64,000 nucleotides of DNA from an uncultured Acidobacteriota bacterium (GTDB lineage: Bacteria; Acidobacteriota; Terriglobia; Acidiferrales; UBA7541): the NCBI GenBank assembly GCA_963844645.1, contig CAWJPC010000001.1, forward strand, positions 494,843-558,842. The letters run 5' to 3'. Shown piece after piece: positions 57,361 to 64,000 of the stretch. How positions within the stretch are numbered: the stretch's first letter is position 1; each line of letters starts with the position of its first letter. A program made the position numbers and the translations under genes. The notes beneath the pieces were generated by a model. It was given only the letters and a program-made list of their open reading frames with translations. It had not been told where the DNA came from and did not search any database.

Positions 57361-58005
57361 ATGGACCAAAATCAGATTCGAGAAGTGCGTGAAAGCTACG
57401 ACCGGCTTTCGGATGAATACGCGCGCCGCATCTACGGCGAGCTGGCACACAAGCCGCTGGACCGCGAATTCCTCGACCGCTTCGTTCGCGACGCGAGCGG
57501 CGGGCTTGTGTGCGATATCGGTTGCGGACCCGGTCACGTAGCGCGCTACCTTCACGAAACTGGCGCCGAAGCGATCGGCCTGGATCTTTCTCCGCGTATG
57601 ATTGAAATCGCTCGCGGGCTGAATCCCGCGATCCAATTCGAAGTCGGCGACATGTTGGCGCTCCCGCTGGCGACCGATTCTCTCGCGGGCATCGCGGCTT
57701 TCTACGCCATCGTCAACATCCCCGAGTCGTCGCTGCCTGTCGTGTTTCGTGAAATGTACCGCGTACTGCGCAAGGGCGGGTTGCTGCTCATCGCGTTTCA
57801 CATCGGAGGAGATTCGCTCTTCGTCGACGAACTTTGGGGCCGCCGCGTCACGATGAATTTCTACTTTTTCAAAACGGAAGCGATCCAGCGCCTTCTGGTC
57901 GCAGCGGGTTTTTCCGTCGAAGAGACAATCGAACGCGAGCCATACGCGACCCAGGTGGAGCATCAAAGCCGCCGCGCCTACATCTTTGCGCGCAAACGGG
58001 CCTGA
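57361..58005 (+). CDS. class I SAM-dependent methyltransferase
   Basis: Motif I VCDIGCGPGHVA, and post-I and motif II-like segments (GLDLSPRMI, GGLLLIAFH). Confidence 0.8.
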   Translation: MDQNQIREVRESYDRLSDEYARRIYGELAHKPLDREFLDRFVRDASGGLVCDIGCGPGHVARYLHETGAEAIGLDLSPRMIEIARGLNPAIQFEVGDMLALPLATDSLAGIAAFYAIVNIPESSLPVVFREMYRVLRKGGLLLIAFHIGGDSLFVDELWGRRVTMNFYFFKTEAIQRLLVAAGFSVEETIEREPYATQVEHQSRRAYIFARKRA

Positions 58006-58078
58006 TCCCTGTCCCGCCTTGCGCCTGAATTTCACTCATGCGAAAATCGTCAACGCGCTTTTTCCCCGGCGCACCGGT

Positions 58079-58153
58079 GGCGGTATCGTCTAGGGGTTAG
58101 GACATCAGGTTCTCAACCTGGTAACCCGGGTTCGATTCCCGGTACCGCTACCA
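58079..58153 (+). tRNA. tRNA-Glu (anticodon CUC), CCA encoded
   Basis: Cloverleaf folded by hand. Acceptor GGCGGTA/TACCGCT (G1.U72). Anticodon stem TCAGG/CCTGG with loop TT-CTC-AA. T-arm CCGGG-TTCGATT-CCCGG. Discriminator A plus CCA. Confidence 0.9.
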
Positions 58154-58162
58154 ATTTTCCCG

Positions 58163-60233
58163 TTACCTCGCGTTTCCGCTCGCTTCCACCAGTTTCTGAA
58201 TCGGCGGTCCGACCATCAGCAGCAAATCCGCTTTCTTCAAGTCCGCTTGCTTGATCGTCGCGAGTTGCGCGGTCACCCACGCCGCCGGCGCCGGCTGGCC
58301 TTTGTCGATGTAATCAAGCGCTTGCAATCCCATCGCGCCAAGTGCCGAAAGATTCTGCGAAACCGGCTCGACCTCCGCCACGATGAATGACGATTGAAAC
58401 AGCGGCTGTAGCTCCGCGTGGTTTTCGCTCCACTTTGTCAGTTCGGCGCGAATTTCCTTTTCAAGCGCCGGGTCCTGAAATTTCTCGGCTATCAATTGGT
58501 CGACCAGTGCCGAGAATCGACGCGCGCCCTCGCTCTCCGGAGGCACCGCATCGATCACTCGATTCAGCGGTGTGGAAAGACTCCCGGGCCCGTGGAGATT
58601 CTCGCGGTCGTATTCCTTTACAGGCTCGACCACGTCCGCCAGCACTCGTAGCGCTGAAATATCTTCCTGGCCTGCCAGGCGTCGCAGCATCCGATTCTCG
58701 CTCGCACGATGCGTAAGCCCGAGATCTTCAAGCCGCCGGCTCTCCGCAGCCATTCGCGTATACATCGAGGCGACATCCGTCGTCGATTGCGGCGACCATA
58801 GCCGCTCCGCGATTACCGCCGTGCGCGGCCAGATGCGCGAATCGATATCATCCGCGGTCACGTACTCCGACCACATGCACGCCTCGCCACCCAAGATCCG
58901 TTTCTTCTCGTCGTCGCTTAAGAGCGCAGCACCTTTTGCCATTGGATCCACGGCGTAGTGCTTCTCGGCCGGAGACATCATGTCGAGGTAGTAGCCGTAG
59001 GAAAGCAGTCCGCGGTAGCCGAGCTTGATTGCTTCCGCGAGTGAATCTTGTCCGCGCCACGATTGCACCACGCTGTCCTTCGGCAGACCGGGCGCGATAA
59101 TCTCGTCCCACCCGACCATGATCTTGTGATGCTTCTCCAGAATTTTCTCCACGTGCTGGTTGAAGTAGTGCTGCAGATCGTGATCGTTCTTCAGGTCGTG
59201 CGCTTTCATGAACGCCTGGATCTTCGGGTTCGCGTCCCACTCCTTTCCGTTCACTTCGTCGCCGCCGATGTGGAAATAATGATCGGGGAAAAGCGCCGTC
59301 ATCTCTGCCAGCAGCTTTTCGAGGAACTTGTACGTAGCCTCGTTCGTCGGATCCATCGCCGGATCGAACACACCCCATTCGCGTTCGATCTTGTACGGCC
59401 CGGCGCCGCTCGCGATTTGCGGGTAACCCACGAACCACGCCGTCGCGTGTCCCGGCATATCGAACTCGGGCATCACGCGAATGCCGCGATCGCGCGCGTA
59501 CTCGATGATTTCCTTTACCTCCGCTTGCGTGTAGAAAAGACCGTCCGATCCCAGTTCGGTCAACTTCGGAAACGTTTTGCTCTCGACCCGGAATCCCTGG
59601 TTTTCTGAAAGGTGCCAGTGCAGGACATTGAGCTTCACTGCCTCCATGCCATCGATGTTTCGCTTCAGCACATCCATCGGCGTGAAGTGCCGGCCTGAAT
59701 CGATCATCAACCCTCGCCACGGGAAACGCGGCGTGTCTTCGATACGAACGGCCGGCGCGGCGAAGCCCGTCGGCGTTACCTGAACCAGCTGCAGAAGAGT
59801 TTGAAGGCCGCGCATCGTGCCTAGTGGGTTTGCGGCGTGTAGCGTGGCCTGCGTTGGTGTTACGTCCAGCGTGTAGCTCTCGTCTTCGCCGACATCCTGA
59901 ATCGGAAGACTTGCGTGATCGGTGGTTGCCACCAGCATCGGGCTTAGTCATGTCCGCCGTTGCAGTGCCGATTGAAAGGCCGGTCACGCCGGCGAGCTCA
60001 TGCATGAATCGCGCCGAGGCGCGCTCGAGTCGAGGCTCCGTGTAGCCCTTGAGCTGAATTGAAAAAGTATTCGTGACGGGCAGTTCGCCCGATCCCGGCT
60101 CCACCGTCGACGGCATGGGCATCAGCTTTGGTGCCGGCGCCGCGGCCGGCGGACTTGCGGTTTGCGCCGTTTGCGCAAACGATGCCCCCGCGAAGATTGC
60201 TAGCAAAAAAAATGTGAAGAAGAACTTCCGCAT
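58163..60233 (-). pseudogene. GH20 beta-N-acetylhexosaminidase, frame broken by one extra base near 59939 as sequenced
   Basis: Signal MRKFFFTFFLLAIFAGASFA and the N-domain lie in the frame of the 58848 ORF. The catalytic domain (RGLMIDSGRHF, HWHLSENQGFR, HIGGDEV) lies in the frame of the 58163 ORF. Removing c59939 gives ADMTKPMLVATTDH. Confidence 0.88.
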
Positions 60234-60414
60234 GTCAGGGTCCCCTGTCGATACGCGATTCGTGCGCGAGCGACGAGTCGGGAGAATAGCGCGAATTTTC
60301 CTTCGGTCACAAACGGTTTCGGCCGATTCAGCGCCAAAATTCCCACCACTAACACGCTGACGCGACATTCAATTTGCGTCCGAGCGCCGAAATGTGCCAT
60401 AAATCCGGCCCTCT

Positions 60415-62307
60415 ATGACATTCACGCTTCTCGATTGGTCGGCCATTCTCGGTTATCTCGCAATTACTCTATTGCTCGGTCTTTATTTCCGCCGCAGTGC
60501 GGGCCAAAGCGCGGAAGATTATTTCGTTTCGGGACGCACCGTTTCCTGGTGGCTCGCAGGCACGTCCATGGTCGCCACCACATTCGCGGCCGATACGCCT
60601 CTCCTCGTTGCCGGCCTCGTGTACACGCAAGGTGTGGCAGGGAACTGGATCTGGTGGGCCTTTCTTCCGTCGGGAATGATGACGGTTTTTCTCTTCGCGC
60701 GCCTTTGGCGCCGCTCCGGCCTGATGACCGACGTGCAGTTCGCCGAAATTCGCTACTCCGGGAAACCGGCTGCATTTTTGCGCGGCTTCCGCGCAGTCTA
60801 CCTTGGCCTTTTGATGAACTGCTTGATTCTTGGCTGGGTCACCAAGGCGATGATCAACATCGTCTCCACTACGCTCGGCCCCACGATGGCGGGCTGGCCG
60901 CTCCTCGTCACTTTCACGAACGCTCTCAGCCACGTTTTCGGGTCAACGTTCGTTGGAGCCGATGGCCAGGCGCTCGTTGTCTGCATTTTCTTTTTGATTC
61001 CATTCACCGGCCTCTACGTTTCCCTTGGCGGACTTTCCGGCGTTCTATGGACCGATCTTTTCCAGTTTGTTCTGAAAATGGGAATCGTTATCGGCATCGC
61101 ATATTACGCGGTGAAGGCTGCGGGCGGCATGAGCACGATGATCTCGACCATCGACGGGATGCGCGCCACCAATGGCGGCTCCGACCCGATGGCGTTCCTG
61201 CCAGATTTTTCGCGCGGCTTCACCAGCGAAACACTCTGGACGCTGCCGGTCATCACGTTTTGTGTCTATCTCGGCGTGCAATGGTGGGCGTTCTGGTATC
61301 CCGGCGCGGAACCCGGTGGCGGCGGCTACATCGCGCAGCGCATCTTCAGCGCGCGGGATGAGCGCAACGGCCTCTTCTCCGTTCTATGGTTCAACATCGC
61401 GCATTACGCGCTGCGTCCGTGGCCATGGGTTCTCACCGCTCTCGCGGCGATCGTGCTATATCCTGGTCTCACTCATCCCGAAACCAGCTACATGATGATC
61501 GTCAACGACCACGTGCCACACGTGTGGCGCGGCATCATCCTCGCCGGATTTCTCGCTGCCTTTATGAGCACCATCGCCACTCAACTCAACTGGGGCACCT
61601 CGTATCTCGTCGAAGATTTCTACCGCCGCTTCCTGGTGCGCAATTCCACCGAGAAGCATTACGTCCACGTCTCGCAGCTCGTCACGATTCTGCTCGTCAT
61701 CGCCACTGGCTACGTTTCCGCGCAACTCGCTTCGATCCGCTCCGGTTGGCAAGTTGTGCTGCAAATCGGTGCAGGCACCGGCACCGTTTACATCCTTCGT
61801 TGGTACTGGTGGCGCATCAATGCGTGGAGCGAAATCTCTGCGATGCTCACTGCCCTGATTCTTACAATCGCTCTGAATCTCGATTCGCTCTGGACCTCGC
61901 TTCTCGGCCGCCCCAATCTCTTCACCGGTTCGGCCACGGTGCAGTTCGCAAAGAACACTCTCTGCACTACGCTGCTTACCACGCTGGTATGGGTGATCGT
62001 TACGGTGCTCACCCGTCCGGAGCCCGACGGCGTTCTCGCATCGTTTTACCGCAAGGTACGGCCGGACGTGACAGGCTGGAAACCCGTCGCCGCGAATACG
62101 CCGGAAATTTCGCCGACACACGATCTTGCGCGCAACCTGTGGTGCTGGGTTCTTGGCTGCGTCATGGTTTACTGCGCGCTGTTCGGCGTCGGTAAAATAC
62201 TGCTGCTTCACTATGGAATTGGTACTGTGCTCGTAATTATCTCCGCGCTGTGCGCCTGGTTCCTCGCAAAGGAATTGAGCCGCCCGATGGAATTCGTTTC
62301 CGAATAG
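60415..62307 (+). CDS. sodium:solute symporter (SSS) family transporter
   Basis: 630 aa, about 14 TM helices. N-terminal YFVSGRTVSWWLAGTSMVATTFAADTPL is typical of SSS transporters. Confidence 0.85.
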   Translation: MTFTLLDWSAILGYLAITLLLGLYFRRSAGQSAEDYFVSGRTVSWWLAGTSMVATTFAADTPLLVAGLVYTQGVAGNWIWWAFLPSGMMTVFLFARLWRRSGLMTDVQFAEIRYSGKPAAFLRGFRAVYLGLLMNCLILGWVTKAMINIVSTTLGPTMAGWPLLVTFTNALSHVFGSTFVGADGQALVVCIFFLIPFTGLYVSLGGLSGVLWTDLFQFVLKMGIVIGIAYYAVKAAGGMSTMISTIDGMRATNGGSDPMAFLPDFSRGFTSETLWTLPVITFCVYLGVQWWAFWYPGAEPGGGGYIAQRIFSARDERNGLFSVLWFNIAHYALRPWPWVLTALAAIVLYPGLTHPETSYMMIVNDHVPHVWRGIILAGFLAAFMSTIATQLNWGTSYLVEDFYRRFLVRNSTEKHYVHVSQLVTILLVIATGYVSAQLASIRSGWQVVLQIGAGTGTVYILRWYWWRINAWSEISAMLTALILTIALNLDSLWTSLLGRPNLFTGSATVQFAKNTLCTTLLTTLVWVIVTVLTRPEPDGVLASFYRKVRPDVTGWKPVAANTPEISPTHDLARNLWCWVLGCVMVYCALFGVGKILLLHYGIGTVLVIISALCAWFLAKELSRPMEFVSE

Positions 62308-62352
62308 CGCGAGCCAAGAGAAGCTTTGTCGCCAGCACGAAGAAATTCAACC

Positions 62353-63324
62353 ATGCCAAAGCAACAGAACCTCATTCTCGGCGTCGATATCGGCGGCACG
62401 AAAGTGGAAGCCGGCCTAGTCGCTTCGTCGGGAGAGGTTCTCATAAGCCAGCGAGTGCCGATGGCGGCGCGTAGCTCAGAGAAAGAAGGTCTCAAGTCCG
62501 TCTTCGCCGCGATTGATGCGCTTCGCCGCGACCCTCGGGCGCGCCAAGCGAAAGCCATCGGCATTGCCGTTCCGGGCTGGGTCGATTCGAATCGCGGCCT
62601 CGTCGTCGATGCGACAAACCTTCCGTGTTGGAAGCAATATCCGCTCGCGCGAAAGGTCGGCAATCGCTACCGCCTGCCTGCGCGTCTCGCGAATGACGCT
62701 AACGCTGCAGCGCTTGCCGAATCCGCCTGGGGCGCAGGCGCCGGATACAGGCACATGTTTTACGTCGCGCTCGGGACCGGGATCGGCGTCGGCATGATTT
62801 TAAACGGCGAGCTCTTCGCGGGAACTACAGGCGCGGCTGGAGAAGGCGGCCACATGACGATTGACCTTGCCGGCCCGCTGTGCGGCTGTGGCAAGCGCGG
62901 CTGCGTCGAAGTTTACGCGTCGGGAACGGCGGTCGGCCGACAGGCGCGGGAGCGCGCTTCGGAAAATCCTGTGGCTGGCGCAAGGATGCTTGCGTCCGCG
63001 GGCGGCGCCGTTGACAAACTCACCGCCGAAATCGTCACGCGCGCCGCCGACGATGGCGACCCGCTCGCACAGGAGATTTTACAGTCCTCCGCCGACCGGC
63101 TCGCGATCTGGCTCGGCGGCATTATCGACCTGCTCGAGCCGGAAGTGATCGTGATCGGCGGCGGCTTTGGCCGCGTAATGATGCGCTACGCGCCGCGGAT
63201 GCGTGACAAGCTCAAGACTTGGGCGATCAATCCGAATCGCAAGCGCGTGAAAATCGTCAACGCGCACTTCCGCTCGCAGTCTGCGCTCGTCGGCGCTGCA
63301 GCGTTATGGCTCGCCCAAAAATAA
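62353..63324 (+). CDS. ROK-family sugar kinase (glucokinase / N-acetylglucosamine kinase-like)
   Basis: LGVDIGGTKVEAG ATP motif. EGGHMTI and the ROK zinc motif CGCGKRGCVE. Confidence 0.85.
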   Translation: MPKQQNLILGVDIGGTKVEAGLVASSGEVLISQRVPMAARSSEKEGLKSVFAAIDALRRDPRARQAKAIGIAVPGWVDSNRGLVVDATNLPCWKQYPLARKVGNRYRLPARLANDANAAALAESAWGAGAGYRHMFYVALGTGIGVGMILNGELFAGTTGAAGEGGHMTIDLAGPLCGCGKRGCVEVYASGTAVGRQARERASENPVAGARMLASAGGAVDKLTAEIVTRAADDGDPLAQEILQSSADRLAIWLGGIIDLLEPEVIVIGGGFGRVMMRYAPRMRDKLKTWAINPNRKRVKIVNAHFRSQSALVGAAALWLAQK

Positions 63325-63340
63325 AACTGGGATTTGTGAT

Positions 63341-64000
63341 CTACCGGAAGCGGCGAATCAACAGCGTGTGGCGTCCCGACCGATAGAGGCCGACGACGTA
63401 GATGGTGGGCTTTCCCTTCGTGCTGTAAATCACCTGTCGGATGCGAAGCAGCGGCGTGCCGCGCGAAACGCTGAGCAGCTCCGCTGTGCGAACTTCCGCG
63501 GCGGTCGAATCGATCTCTTCATCGGCGTACGCTAATTCGATCCCGTACGTCTGTTCTAGCGTCGCAAAAAGCGAACCGCGCTCCTGCACCGCTGTCAGTA
63601 CGTTGGGAAACTCGTCCGCCGAAAGATACGAAGTTTCGAGTGCGAACGGTTCGTCCGCCGCGTTGCGCACCCGTTCAAGCACCGCCAGGTGTGTCGTCGC
63701 GGGTAACGAAAGACGCGCCGAAATTTCCGGCTCGTTATCGAGCACGCCGGAAGACACCACGCGCGATCCACCGCTGAGCCCGCGGCTCGTCATCTGCTCG
63801 GTGTAACTCATCAACTTATTGAAATGAATTTTCGGCGGCGCGACGAATGTGCCCGATCCGTGCCGGCGCTCCACCATTCCTTCGCGCGCCAGATCCGCCA
63901 GGGCGTGCCGCGCGGTCATCAAGCTCACCTTGTGGGTCTTCGCGAGCTCCCGCTCGGAGTCCACCACGTCGCCAGGCTTCAAGTGTCCAGACTCAATTCG
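63341..64000 (-). CDS. GntR/HutC-family transcriptional regulator with UTRA domain (5' end outside window)
   Basis: The frame stays open to base 64000 (...RIESGHLKPGDVVDSERELAKTHKVSLMTARHALADLAREGMVERRHGSGTFV). The C-terminal region is UTRA-like. Confidence 0.85.
   Translation of the reverse strand, partial: RIESGHLKPGDVVDSERELAKTHKVSLMTARHALADLAREGMVERRHGSGTFVAPPKIHFNKLMSYTEQMTSRGLSGGSRVVSSGVLDNEPEISARLSLPATTHLAVLERVRNAADEPFALETSYLSADEFPNVLTAVQERGSLFATLEQTYGIELAYADEEIDSTAAEVRTAELLSVSRGTPLLRIRQVIYSTKGKPTIYVVGLYRSGRHTLLIRRFR

Noticed and set aside
58079-58153. tRNA-Glu as an integration site for a genomic island
   Set aside because: No integrase, no direct repeat of the tRNA 3' end, and no compositional break were seen on either side. 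The neighbours are ordinary metabolic genes.

Overview
High-GC chromosomal segment whose gene content fits an Acidobacteriota (Terriglobia-like) genome; that placement is inference from protein families, not a search. It is mostly core genome. Main blocks: a murein 3-3 cross-link pair (YcbK/MepK-like and YcbB/LdtD-like); yceD-rpmF-plsX-fabD-fabG-acpP-fabF with no fabH; etfB/etfA plus ETF-ubiquinone oxidoreductase; coaE-folD; a vapBC toxin-antitoxin pair; RNase E/G; the cell-shape cluster mreB-mreC-mreD ... mrdA-rodA; a Lon-like protease; a porin; tRNA-Glu(CUC); and a GlcNAc-type utilisation locus (GH20, SSS transporter, ROK kinase, GntR/HutC regulator). No rRNA, CRISPR array, transposase or integrase was seen. 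Most notable points: (1) eleven reading-frame breaks in conserved, partly essential genes, ten repaired by deleting a single base, which most likely reflects uncorrected insertion errors in the assembly; (2) a 5.7-kb opposite-strand cassette between mreD and mrdA that encodes a 260-aa secreted protein and a ~1480-aa beta-propeller protein with a duplicated module of two chitobiase-C-like domains plus an L-type-lectin-like domain; (3) an RNase E/G whose S1 domain is split by ~560 aa of Arg/Gly- and His/Asp/Glu-rich low-complexity sequence; (4) a 25-nt REP-like palindrome present four times; (5) a 16-nt repeat/operator-like motif directly upstream of the ETF-QO gene; (6) an uncharacterised three-gene cassette (coiled-coil membrane protein, VWA protein, Asp-protease-like/PDZ protein) convergent with a P-loop-less Lon-like protease. 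I found no clearly self-contained novel system such as a defence island. Functional calls rest on motif recognition by eye.
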